This document shows, piece after piece, positions 15,512-24,309 of a stretch of 64,000 bases of DNA. Positions within the stretch are counted from its first letter, which is position 1, and each line of letters starts with the position of its first letter. Source of the stretch: Patescibacteria group bacterium (GTDB lineage: Bacteria; Patescibacteriota; Patescibacteriia; UBA1558; GWA2-36-10); the NCBI GenBank assembly GCA_041665505.1, contig JBAYIR010000006.1, forward strand, positions 1,707-65,706. The letters are read 5' to 3'. The notes beneath the pieces were generated by a model. The model saw nothing but the letters and a program-made list of their open reading frames with translations. It did not search any database and was not told where the DNA came from. Made by a program: the position numbers and the translations under genes.

Positions 15512-18466
15512 TTACTTCATATCACAACTACCTTTAAATCCACATTGTTTGGAGCATTCAGTACAGCCACCAAACTTGGCCATAATACCTTGTTTACACT
15601 GAGGACAGATTTTACCTACTTCTGGACCATATTTAGTGGGGTCAAGCTCTGCTTCATCTGGTTCAGGAATTTCTAGGTCAGCGTGCTTTCTAGCATTTTG
15701 CATTTCCGGGATTTCGGCTTTGACAGCTTCTTTAAAGGCTGGTATTTGCTCTTGCTTGGTCGGCTTTCTATCACCATTGTAGGCTAGGTTTTTCTCTTCA
15801 GTATCAGCACTAGTAGTCAGCACTTGCTCATCACGAGAGCTATCTCTATAGATTGTCACACCTTTACAACCCAGCTCATAGGCTTTTTCATACAGCTGAG
15901 CAGTTTGTTCTACAGTATAGTCAGCCGGAGCATTAGCAGTTTTGGAAATAGAGGAGTCAGTCCATTTTTGGACAGCGGCTTGGACTTTGATGTGCTCCAT
16001 TGGCTCTAGCTCCATAGCCGAGACAAAAAATTCTGGTAAAGTGCCATTACTCCTATATTCTTGAGCTAGAGGAATCAGCACTTCATGAAAGCCTAGTCTA
16101 GACTGGCGATAAAATTTGAAAGCATAGTAGGGTTCTATACCAGTAGAAGTGGAAAGCATGGAGCCGACTGTGCCAGTAGGAGCTTGAGTAGTCAAAGTGA
16201 CATTTCTAATACCATTTTCTCTAATCATTTGGCGGACATCTTCGGGCATAGTTTTCATAAAACCAGAGTCTAGGAATTTGTCAGCGTTGAATTTTGGGAA
16301 AGAGCCTTTTTCTTTGGCAATGCGAGAGGATTCTTTGTACATTTCCGAAGCAATAATTTTGTAGAGCTCGTCTATAAAGACCAGAGATTCATCAGAGCCG
16401 TAGCGCAAGCGTAGTTTGATGAGCATTTCTCCCAGTCCTAGTGTGCCCCCACCAACCCGGCGTTCTTTTTTCTGGTTATCTTCATTTTCTGGAAAGTGGT
16501 AAGGAGTGAGGTCAATGACATTGTCCAAAAATCTAGTCAAAGTGCGAGCGGCTTGCTTTAATTCTGACCAATTGACTTTGAAAGTTGGTCCCAGCTCATC
16601 ACGGCCAGCTTCTTCCAAAAAGGAAGCTAAGTAGAGATGTCCCAAATTACAGACACCCCAACCAGGTAGGCCTTGCTCACCACAAGGGTTGGTGCAGATT
16701 ATTTTGTTGAAATAATAGGAATTGGATTGTTTGTTGTATCTTTCCATAAAGACCACGCCTGGTTCAGCGCTAGCATGAGCAGAAGTGACTAGTTTGTTCC
16801 ACAACTCGCGAGCTTTGATAGTTTTGTATATTTTGGTGGGGTAGTTGGCTTCTTTCCAAGCTTGCAAATCGCCAGTCCATTCTTTGTCGTAGATATCAGC
16901 AAAAGCTGGATTTTCATAATCAGGAAATTCCAAATTCCAGTCTAGGTTGTTTTTGACGGCTTCCATAAAGCTATCAGAAATCATGACAGATATATTGGCA
17001 TTTTCAATTTGACCAGCCACATTTTTGGCGGAAATAAATTCTAGTACATCTGGATGCCAATCCCATTGCATGAGCATCAGTGCGCCTCTTCTAGAACCAC
17101 CTTGCTCTATCAGACCAGTGGCATAGGAAAATAGTCCAGCCCAAGATACTGAGCCTGATGATTTGCCGTGTACACCTTTGACATAGGCGTAGCGAGGGCG
17201 TAGAGCGGAGAGAGTCATACCAACGCCACCACCACGACTCATCACTTCTACCATTTGGTGTAGTGAGTCTTTGACAATGGCTTTTCTAGAATCTAGAGGT
17301 GATGGTAAAACATAGCAGTTAAAGAGAGTCAGGTTGCTAGTGTAGTTGCCATGTTTGTCCAAATTGGCGCCAGTCATAATACGGCCACCTGGTTGAATAT
17401 ATTTTTTAGATAAGGCTTCAAAAAAGTCTTCAAAGTATTTGATTTTATTTTCTTCGGTTTTTTCTACACTAGCTACTGCTCGAGCAATTCGGCGGTGAGA
17501 ATCGGAAATAGCCTCGCGGGGTTTGTCACATTTGAAAATATCTTGTTCAAATTCAAAATTATTGACTGCTTCGGCATAAATGCCAGTCAGCATGTGTATT
17601 TTGGCGCGGTCACTGCTAATCATTTCTTTGATAATACCCAAATCTTTTTTGGGATATTTTCTATCTTCTTTGGTAATGACAATCACTAGGTCACCTAGAG
17701 CAATATCTTCTCTTTTGTCTTTGATAGAATAGCGATCCAAAAAAATAATCCGACCCAATTGATCAAAATTGGTAGAATTGTTGATTATGTGTTTGGCTTG
17801 TTTAGAAAGATTGACGCCAGCTTCTTGAAGTTTTTTGACTTCTTCTGAAGTAATCTCTTTACCCTGCTCAATACGGATTTTTTTTCTTTGCTCACGATAG
17901 AGGATAAAGTGTTTGGCAGTTCTAGCCCAATTGGACTGAATCAGGATGATTTCAATGATATCTTGTATTTGTTCTACCCCTGGAGTCAGGTGGTCGTTAA
18001 ATTTGTGCTCCAAAATAGCAGTGACTACATCAGCCAATCTTTGGGCTTCTTCTCTATTATATTCACCAGAGGCTTGTCCGGACTTAAATAAAGCAGCAAA
18101 GACCTTATCTTTATCAAAAGGCACAATAGAGCCATCTCTTTTTTTGATTTGTTTAATGCCGGTGGCTATTTCTTTTTCTTTGACGAGCTTTTGACCACGA
18201 GTTTTAAAGTAAACCTTAGCTACTTCAGGGTAGTTGTTGTCCAAAAGTACTATATTAACAGCACTTCTGATGTCATCACTGGTAATGTTTTGATTATTAG
18301 AGTAGCTATCTTCCAAATATTTGACCACTTCTTTGGATAATTGGCCAGAGATAGGATTATCTTTTAGCCCAGTGCTAGTGATTGATTGAGATAGAGAAAA
18401 AATGAGCTTATTAATGTCAAAATTTTCTATTCGACCATCACGCTTTTTGATTTCCTTTAACTGCAT
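15512..18466 (-). CDS. nrdJ: ribonucleotide reductase, class II (adenosylcobalamin-dependent), with two N-terminal ATP-cone domains and a C-terminal Cys4 zinc ribbon
   Basis: 984 aa. Two ATP-cone repeats ('KRDGRIENFDINKL', 'KKRDGSIVPFDKDKV'). Active-site 'TNPCGEQ' and a C-terminal 'CPQCKQG...CTECSKQC'. Confidence 0.8.
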   Translation of the reverse strand: MQLKEIKKRDGRIENFDINKLIFSLSQSITSTGLKDNPISGQLSKEVVKYLEDSYSNNQNITSDDIRSAVNIVLLDNNYPEVAKVYFKTRGQKLVKEKEIATGIKQIKKRDGSIVPFDKDKVFAALFKSGQASGEYNREEAQRLADVVTAILEHKFNDHLTPGVEQIQDIIEIILIQSNWARTAKHFILYREQRKKIRIEQGKEITSEEVKKLQEAGVNLSKQAKHIINNSTNFDQLGRIIFLDRYSIKDKREDIALGDLVIVITKEDRKYPKKDLGIIKEMISSDRAKIHMLTGIYAEAVNNFEFEQDIFKCDKPREAISDSHRRIARAVASVEKTEENKIKYFEDFFEALSKKYIQPGGRIMTGANLDKHGNYTSNLTLFNCYVLPSPLDSRKAIVKDSLHQMVEVMSRGGGVGMTLSALRPRYAYVKGVHGKSSGSVSWAGLFSYATGLIEQGGSRRGALMLMQWDWHPDVLEFISAKNVAGQIENANISVMISDSFMEAVKNNLDWNLEFPDYENPAFADIYDKEWTGDLQAWKEANYPTKIYKTIKARELWNKLVTSAHASAEPGVVFMERYNKQSNSYYFNKIICTNPCGEQGLPGWGVCNLGHLYLASFLEEAGRDELGPTFKVNWSELKQAARTLTRFLDNVIDLTPYHFPENEDNQKKERRVGGGTLGLGEMLIKLRLRYGSDESLVFIDELYKIIASEMYKESSRIAKEKGSFPKFNADKFLDSGFMKTMPEDVRQMIRENGIRNVTLTTQAPTGTVGSMLSTSTGIEPYYAFKFYRQSRLGFHEVLIPLAQEYRSNGTLPEFFVSAMELEPMEHIKVQAAVQKWTDSSISKTANAPADYTVEQTAQLYEKAYELGCKGVTIYRDSSRDEQVLTTSADTEEKNLAYNGDRKPTKQEQIPAFKEAVKAEIPEMQNARKHADLEIPEPDEAELDPTKYGPEVGKICPQCKQGIMAKFGGCTECSKQCGFKGSCDMK

Positions 18467-18750
18467 GGGGATATATTTTAATTTTTTTTATTAATTTATC
18501 ATGACAGATAAAAAAAGGACAAAAATTTTTAGCGATTTTTTACTATATATTGTGTCCCAAAGTATTATAGCACACAAGATATGGCCTTGCCAAATTTTCG
18601 TCTTTTATTTTTATTTTCGCCTGTTTGTCCTAGGGACAAGCGTCAAATTCTTTTGACCAGAGCGCATATATTATAATAGATGAAAAAATATTTGTCCAAT
18701 TATGACATTTTTTGGGCTATTGTCACAAGAAAAAGTATCTGCTATGATGT

Positions 18751-18978
18751 TTGGTATACAAATATATGGCAAAAATATTCAAAAAATTTAATAGGAAAGC
18801 CCAAAATCCTAGACCTCCAGTTAAAGCCCAGGCTCCAAAAGTCAAAGAAGATATCATGGACCCCATTCTTTATAGTGGGGGACTTGATAAAGAGAAATAT
18901 CCACAGTTGCCTCTAGAAAATAATGAAAAGCCAGAAGAGGAAGTAGAAAACCCTCTCAATCAACGCCGAAGTTTATAA
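18751..18978 (+). CDS. small hypothetical protein (Lys/Pro/Glu-rich)
   Basis: 75 aa ORF followed by a long hairpin plus T-tract at 18985-19050. The RBS is weak. Confidence 0.25.
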   Translation: MVYKYMAKIFKKFNRKAQNPRPPVKAQAPKVKEDIMDPILYSGGLDKEKYPQLPLENNEKPEEEVENPLNQRRSL

Positions 18979-19045
18979 AACAAAAAATCCCCACACTTTT
19001 TTCTTCTGCTTATAGGCAGAATTAGTCAGTGTAGGGATTTTTTAT

Positions 19046-19180
19046 TTAGCTAGCGATACAAGGTCCACCTTGGGCTTGTAAATACCAAGTAGCTAGTACG
19101 ACATAAGTTGTCAGTATAAAAGCTATTACGATATATAGCATCAGCCAAGCGAAAGTTAGTTTTGATTCTTTTTTTGCCAT
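19046..19180 (-). CDS. possible 44-aa membrane peptide
   Basis: Reads 'MAKKESKLTFAWLMLYIVIAFILTTYVVLATWYLQAQGGPCIAS'. No SD, so this is speculative. Confidence 0.2.
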   Translation of the reverse strand: MAKKESKLTFAWLMLYIVIAFILTTYVVLATWYLQAQGGPCIAS

Positions 19181-19211
19181 ATTTTTTGTTTAAGAATTAT
19201 TAATTAAATTT

Positions 19212-20567
19212 TTATTTTAATATGATAGGATGGTTATATTTTATTATTTCTGCTTCAAAGTTCAGCTGTTCTTTTATTAGTATAGCAAATTTTTCCAAAA
19301 CGCGCTTGTCGCCATGGCTAAGGAGTATCTTTTTTGGTTTAGCAAAAGCTTTCAGCCACTTGAGTAATCCCGTTTGATCAGCGTGAGCCGAGAAGCCATC
19401 AATTTGTTCAGCTACTGCTTTGACTTCAATTTTGCGACCGTAATAGTCAAAAGAAAAAGCGCCATTTAATATTTTGTGTCCCAAAGTGCCGGGCACTTGA
19501 AAACCCATAAATAAAATATTATTTTTGGCATCACCAATATACTGAGACAAGTGATGAATCATCCGACCGCCTTCCATCATACCAGAACCAGCCAAAATTA
19601 TTTTTGGTGGTCGAGCGCTATTTATTTCTTTGGACTGTCTGATATTATTGGTGATTTTTAGGTGAGGGAAGCTGAATATATCTCGATCTCTTTTTATATC
19701 ATCTTGGGCATCGCTATTTAAATAGTGGAGATATTTTTTGTATATTTTGGTTGCTTGAGAAGCCATGGGGCTATCCAAAAAAACCGGCACTCGGAAATCC
19801 AAATGAGATTCGTAGTAGTCATTTAATACTTTCAGGATATCTTGAGTGCGCTCTAGAGCAAAAATAGTAATCAGTAGAGTAGAGTGATTTAAGGTAGCTC
19901 GTTGGACAGCTTTTATCAGCTCTCGATCGCGAGTCTTAGCATCATGATGAGCCCTATCACCATAGGTGCTTTCACAGATGACATAGTCAGCTGATTCAAG
20001 TAGGTCTATATTTTTTACCAAGGGCATATTTTCTCCACCAATATCGCCAGAAAAGACAATAGTTTTGTTGGCTATTTTTATTTCTACTATGGACGAACCC
20101 AAAATATGAGCGGCATTGTGCAATTTAAAACTAATATCAGGATGGAGTTCTTGTTTCTGATAATAGCTTAAAGGCACAAAACTTTTGAAAGTTTTATTCA
20201 GGTGAGCCTCACTAAAAAGCTTGGGCATTTTTTTGCGAAAAGCTTTTTCTTCCATGATAAAGTAGCTATCTTCTAGTACTATCTTGGCCAAATCAATAGT
20301 AGCGTCAGTAGCATAGATAGGACCATTATAGCCATTGGCATAGAGTTTGGGCAGACGACCACAATGGTCTAAGTGAGCGTGAGTGAGAATGACAGCGTCT
20401 ATATTTTTGGGGTCAAACAAAAAGGCATCCCAATTTTTTTTGTAGTTATCCCAATCACCTTGCCACATACCGCAATCAATTAAGATACGGTAACCATCAA
20501 CACTTAGAAGATGACAAGAACCAGTTACTTCTTCGGTGGCGCCATGTGATGTTAGTTTTATTTCCAT
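19212..20567 (-). CDS. MBL-fold metallo-hydrolase, beta-CASP family (RNA-metabolising ribonuclease-like)
   Basis: 451 aa. 'LTHAHLDHCG' HxHxDH motif with downstream beta-CASP-like His/Asp. Confidence 0.65.
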   Translation of the reverse strand: MEIKLTSHGATEEVTGSCHLLSVDGYRILIDCGMWQGDWDNYKKNWDAFLFDPKNIDAVILTHAHLDHCGRLPKLYANGYNGPIYATDATIDLAKIVLEDSYFIMEEKAFRKKMPKLFSEAHLNKTFKSFVPLSYYQKQELHPDISFKLHNAAHILGSSIVEIKIANKTIVFSGDIGGENMPLVKNIDLLESADYVICESTYGDRAHHDAKTRDRELIKAVQRATLNHSTLLITIFALERTQDILKVLNDYYESHLDFRVPVFLDSPMASQATKIYKKYLHYLNSDAQDDIKRDRDIFSFPHLKITNNIRQSKEINSARPPKIILAGSGMMEGGRMIHHLSQYIGDAKNNILFMGFQVPGTLGHKILNGAFSFDYYGRKIEVKAVAEQIDGFSAHADQTGLLKWLKAFAKPKKILLSHGDKRVLEKFAILIKEQLNFEAEIIKYNHPIILK

Positions 20568-20591
20568 TGTTTTGTTTTTACTTATAGATAT

Positions 20592-21173
20592 TTATTTTAT
20601 AAATGGATTGGGCATATCAAAGACAATATGAGTAGTTTGAGTGTTGATTTGTTCCAGAGTGACACCATATTTGGCTGCGTATTGAAAATCAACTGAGCCA
20701 AAAATAGCTTGGGAATAATCAAAGTCCAATAATTTGGCTACTACTTGGATAGCTTGTTCATTTGGTCCTTCTATTTCGACAAATGGTTCTAGAAATGGCC
20801 ACTCATCAATAGTTATTTCTACTTGACCAATTTTCCAGAGCTCGCGTTTGCTCTCTTGGTAAGCTATTTCTTGACAGCCAATGGTATTTATTATTTCTCT
20901 AGCATCTTCAAAGCTACTGACAGTCAGGCAAGTTTCTTTTTGGTCTTCAATATGTTTATTATCTTTGATGATTTTGACGCTCATGGTTACTTTGTCAGCT
21001 TCTTGCCTGACTCTGATCCAGCCGCCTTTGATTTCATACCCTTTGGGAAAGTGCCAGACATATCTTTTCATCAGAAATTCTGGGTAGATCATTTGGGCAC
21101 CTGCTTTTTTGAGCCGAGAGCGGATATCGTCTTTATCAATATTTGTAAAACTAGCTTCGTATTCTATTTGCAT
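20592..21173 (-). CDS. CYTH-domain-like protein (class IV adenylyl cyclase / triphosphatase fold)
   Basis: 193 aa beginning 'MQIEYEASF'. This resembles the CYTH ExExK start, and there are acidic clusters later. Confidence 0.4.
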   Translation of the reverse strand: MQIEYEASFTNIDKDDIRSRLKKAGAQMIYPEFLMKRYVWHFPKGYEIKGGWIRVRQEADKVTMSVKIIKDNKHIEDQKETCLTVSSFEDAREIINTIGCQEIAYQESKRELWKIGQVEITIDEWPFLEPFVEIEGPNEQAIQVVAKLLDFDYSQAIFGSVDFQYAAKYGVTLEQINTQTTHIVFDMPNPFIK

Positions 21174-22009
21174 AAGTCTTTTAGTAATTGGTTGATATAA
21201 GTAAAGTCTTCATCTCCTTCTATCACGATATCAAAGTTTTTTAAAAAGTATTTTTTTTGCTGGGGTGTATTATAATTTAAAAAACCAATTTTAATCAGAT
21301 TATCATAATCAAAACCTTTGATCATATCTACATCAGCTAGGCTATCTCCCAAGAGTAGGACGTTTTTTCTGTTTTTAATCTGTTGGTATATTTTGGGGAA
21401 ATCTTTAATTAGAGTTTCGTCTTTACTTAAAGAGTGGATAATAGGTTCTTTGATAGCTATAGCCTGTCCAGCTTTGTTCCAAACTAAGGAGCTAGTAATA
21501 TAGTGAATATTAGAATAATTTTTTTTGTTTTGTTTAAAATAAATTTTGACGGCTTCGCCCACGCCACTGGCTGACAATATGACTAGGGGAATATTTTTTC
21601 TTTGTAAAGTATTTAAAAATGAATTAAGTCCTTTTCTAAATCGAATTTGTTTATCGGAAGCAATAAGCTCTAAATCTTTTTTATTAAGGCCAGATTTTAT
21701 TAATAATTTTATGTGGCTGCGCCACCATTTGTTCATAGCAGTTTTTTTGGCTGCCAAGCTTAATTGCGGGTCAATTTCTAAAGGGTGATATTTATCAAAG
21801 AGAGCATGAGCTTTTTGGGCATAGTCTTTACTTAGGTAGTGACCATTTCTAAGTATAGCTATCAGTGAAGGGACTTTTTGTCCATCAGCATAAGCATAGG
21901 TCAAAGTGCGATCAAAATCACTCAAAACATGTAAGTTGTCTGGACCGGCTACTTTTATTTTAGCTATAGCTTGTTTTAGCTTTTTCTCGTGGCTAATTAT
22001 AACTGACAT
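21164..22009 (-). CDS. HAD-superfamily hydrolase (pyrimidine 5'-nucleotidase-like)
   Basis: 281 aa. 'VLSDFDRTLT' DxDxT motif I, plus 'LLLGDSLAD' motif IV-like. Confidence 0.5.
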   Translation of the reverse strand: MSVIISHEKKLKQAIAKIKVAGPDNLHVLSDFDRTLTYAYADGQKVPSLIAILRNGHYLSKDYAQKAHALFDKYHPLEIDPQLSLAAKKTAMNKWWRSHIKLLIKSGLNKKDLELIASDKQIRFRKGLNSFLNTLQRKNIPLVILSASGVGEAVKIYFKQNKKNYSNIHYITSSLVWNKAGQAIAIKEPIIHSLSKDETLIKDFPKIYQQIKNRKNVLLLGDSLADVDMIKGFDYDNLIKIGFLNYNTPQQKKYFLKNFDIVIEGDEDFTYINQLLKDLCK

Positions 22010-22128
22010 AGTAGTATAGAAATTATAGCATTTTTGTAAGGAAAATAAAAAGTTTGCCCGATATTAACCTCAGATAACATTTTTTATTTTTTTATGTTAA
22101 AATATATAATATAAATTAATATTTATTT

Positions 22129-23892
22129 ATGAAAAAAACACTAGTTATTTTCAGCCTATTTTTAGGGCTTTTATTTTGTCCAAATATTAGTCAGGCCGAG
22201 AGCGATAAAATCTCAGATTATAAAGTGGATATTTTTGTAAATCAAGATAGTAGTATCAAGGTAGAAGAAATAATTGCTTATGATTTTGGTGATAATTATA
22301 AGCATGGTATTTATCGGGAGATACCTTTAAGTGATTCTGTCCTCTGGCCGACAAAACAATTGGATATTAGTGATATTTCAGTCCATGATCAAAAAGGACA
22401 GCCTTATCAATTTGATGTATCAACGGCCAATAATTTAAAAACAATCAAAATAGGTGATCCCAATCAGACTGTTTCTGGAGAGCAGGTCTATGTTATCAAA
22501 TACCAAGTAAAGCAAGCTATAGATTATTATGATGATCATGATGAGCTTTATTGGGACGCCATTGGTAATAATTGGATTGTGCCGATTTTAAATTCACAGC
22601 TTAGTTTGCATTTTTATGAACCTTTAGCCATTGAGCAGTTTAAGCTAGAGTGTTATTTTGGACAGTTTGGTAGTAGCAATAAATGTGTAGATAAAAATAT
22701 TTATTCTGGTACTAAGGATAAATTGACAGACTTTGTTTTTCAAGCTGACCAGCTTAGTGCTAATTCTGGGGTGACTGTCCGGTGGCAGTTTGATAAAGGT
22801 TTAGTTTTAGAGCCAAATGCTAAGCAAAAAGTAATATTATTTTTAAAACAATATGCTTTGTTATTTTTGCCATTTTTAGCTTTGATACTGATGTTTTTTT
22901 ATTGGTATAAACGTGGTCGTGATCCAAAAGGCCGAGGCACTATCATTGCTCAATATGAGCCACCAGCTGATTTGATGCCAGCTGAAGCTGGTATTATCTT
23001 GGATGAGAAAGCTAATAGTCACGATATTTCAGCAGAGATAATACTACTAGCTATTTGGGGTTATATAAAAATTAGTCGTATAGAAAAAACTGGCCTTTTG
23101 TCATCAACAGATTATTTGTTAGAGAAAATAAAAGATGAAAATGATTTGCCTCGGGGGTATCAAAAAGAATTAATGGCCAATTTGTTTAGTAATTCTAGCG
23201 CAGACAAAAAACCTCAAAAAATAAAAAATATAGAATTAACTACCGGGGCTACTTCTAGGGTGTTGATGTCTGATTTTAAAAATAAAGCTTACAAATGGAT
23301 TAAAATTGTAGAAGATGGTCTATATAAATCAGTGGTGGATAAAAAATATTTTCCTAAAAATCCACACAAGATTAAATCAATTCATGCTTTTATTGTGGCT
23401 TCACTTTGTGCAGTCTTGATAGGATTTTTCCGCGACGTAAGTGTTTTTGCTAATCTGGCTAATCTTTTAGCTACTGGTTTTACTTTTGTGATACTTTATA
23501 TTTTTAGTCTAAAGATGCCTCGTCGCACTAAAGAAGGGGTCTTAGTTAAAGAATATCTTTTGGGCTTAAAGGAATATATCAATGTAGCAGAAAAAGACAG
23601 AATTGCTTTTCACAATGCTCCAGAGAAAAATCCAGCCTTGTTTGAAAAATTACTGCCTTATGCCATGGCTTTTGGTTTAGAAAAAAAATGGGCCAAGCAG
23701 TTTGAGGGTATTTATACAGAAGAGCCCAATTGGTACCATGGTGCATCTACTGGCGCTTATTTTAGTGCTGCTTCCTTTGGTGATAGTTTAAAGAGTTTTA
23801 GTAGCAGTTCTGGTTCGACATTGTCTTCCTCTTCTAGCAGCAGTGGTGGTGTTGGTGGAGGTGGCGGAGGCGGCGGTGGGGGTAGTTGGTAA
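22129..23892 (+). CDS. DUF2207-family membrane protein with a C-terminal poly-Gly tail
   Basis: 587 aa. Signal peptide, a large extracytoplasmic domain, several TM helices, and a C-terminal 'SSSGGVGGGGGGGGGGSW'. Confidence 0.6.
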   Translation: MKKTLVIFSLFLGLLFCPNISQAESDKISDYKVDIFVNQDSSIKVEEIIAYDFGDNYKHGIYREIPLSDSVLWPTKQLDISDISVHDQKGQPYQFDVSTANNLKTIKIGDPNQTVSGEQVYVIKYQVKQAIDYYDDHDELYWDAIGNNWIVPILNSQLSLHFYEPLAIEQFKLECYFGQFGSSNKCVDKNIYSGTKDKLTDFVFQADQLSANSGVTVRWQFDKGLVLEPNAKQKVILFLKQYALLFLPFLALILMFFYWYKRGRDPKGRGTIIAQYEPPADLMPAEAGIILDEKANSHDISAEIILLAIWGYIKISRIEKTGLLSSTDYLLEKIKDENDLPRGYQKELMANLFSNSSADKKPQKIKNIELTTGATSRVLMSDFKNKAYKWIKIVEDGLYKSVVDKKYFPKNPHKIKSIHAFIVASLCAVLIGFFRDVSVFANLANLLATGFTFVILYIFSLKMPRRTKEGVLVKEYLLGLKEYINVAEKDRIAFHNAPEKNPALFEKLLPYAMAFGLEKKWAKQFEGIYTEEPNWYHGASTGAYFSAASFGDSLKSFSSSSGSTLSSSSSSSGGVGGGGGGGGGGSW

Positions 23893-23910
23893 CATTTTAA
23901 ACAAAAAAAG

Positions 23911-23938
23911 AAAGGAGTCCGCGGTCGGACTCCTTTTC
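23911..23938. terminator. bidirectional rho-independent terminator (GGAGTCCG-CGGT-CGGACTCC flanked by A- and T-tracts)
   Basis: 8-bp GC stem. An A-run lies upstream and a T-run downstream. It serves the convergent DUF2207 gene and the small peptide gene. Confidence 0.65.
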
Positions 23939-23968
23939 GCACTCGTGAGCTCTGTGAGAAGCTCGCGT

Positions 23969-24142
23969 TCAGCTCACCGGCGTGTTCCAAGCACTGATGA
24001 TGTTGCCGACGAAACTCGCCAGCACCAGTACCACGGCGACCGCCATGACCTTTTCGATGAGAGAAGTCTCCTGCCACTTCACCTGAAACCATTTCAGGAA
24101 GCTGTGTGCAGGAGTTTCCTCCCAATTGTATTTGACCTGCAT
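23969..24142 (-). CDS. 57-aa GC-rich tail-anchored membrane peptide (type I toxin-like), not in the ORF track
   Basis: The reverse complement reads 'MQVKYNWEETPAHSFLKWFQVKWQETSLIEKVMAVAVVLVLASFVGNIISAWNTPVS'. SD GAGAGGTAAG lies upstream. It sits in a ~250-bp GC-rich patch within AT-rich DNA. Confidence 0.4.
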   Translation of the reverse strand: MQVKYNWEETPAHSFLKWFQVKWQETSLIEKVMAVAVVLVLASFVGNIISAWNTPVS

Positions 24143-24196
24143 TAACGTCTTACCTCTCGTTGGAGTGAGTCAGCTGGGGAACTTTGTATCTATAGT

Positions 24197-24225
24197 ATAG
24201 TACCATATTTTTGATATTTTGTCAA
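24197..24225 (-). promoter_or_regulatory. consensus sigma70 promoter with an extended -10 (TTGACA-17-TGgTACTAT) for the small peptide gene
   Basis: Minus strand. -35 TTGACA at 24225-24220 and -10 TACTAT at 24202-24197, with a TG dinucleotide upstream. Confidence 0.45.
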
Positions 24226-24261
24226 TATAGTTCAAGAGTGGGGATATATTTATTGAACAAA

Positions 24262-24298
24262 CAAAAAAACCGCCCCGAGCGTAGTCGAGGGGCGGTTT
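24262..24298 (-). terminator. rho-independent terminator of the peroxiredoxin operon (CCGCCCC...GGGGCGG + T7)
   Basis: 7-bp GC stem followed by TTTTTTTG on the minus strand, immediately after the stop at 24310. Confidence 0.65.
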
Positions 24299-24309
24299 AA
24301 AATAATATT

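Noticed and set aside
18680-18916. 78-aa ORF overlapping 18751-18978 in another frame
   Set aside because: It has no RBS and overlaps the slightly more plausible small ORF. Both are weak, and I listed only one at low confidence.
23757-24145. 122-aa minus-strand ORF with a poly-Pro run and a 100-aa plus-strand ORF
   Set aside because: The poly-Pro is the reverse complement of the DUF2207 poly-Gly tract. The plus ORF spans a terminator hairpin. The real gene here is the 57-aa minus-strand peptide in a third frame.
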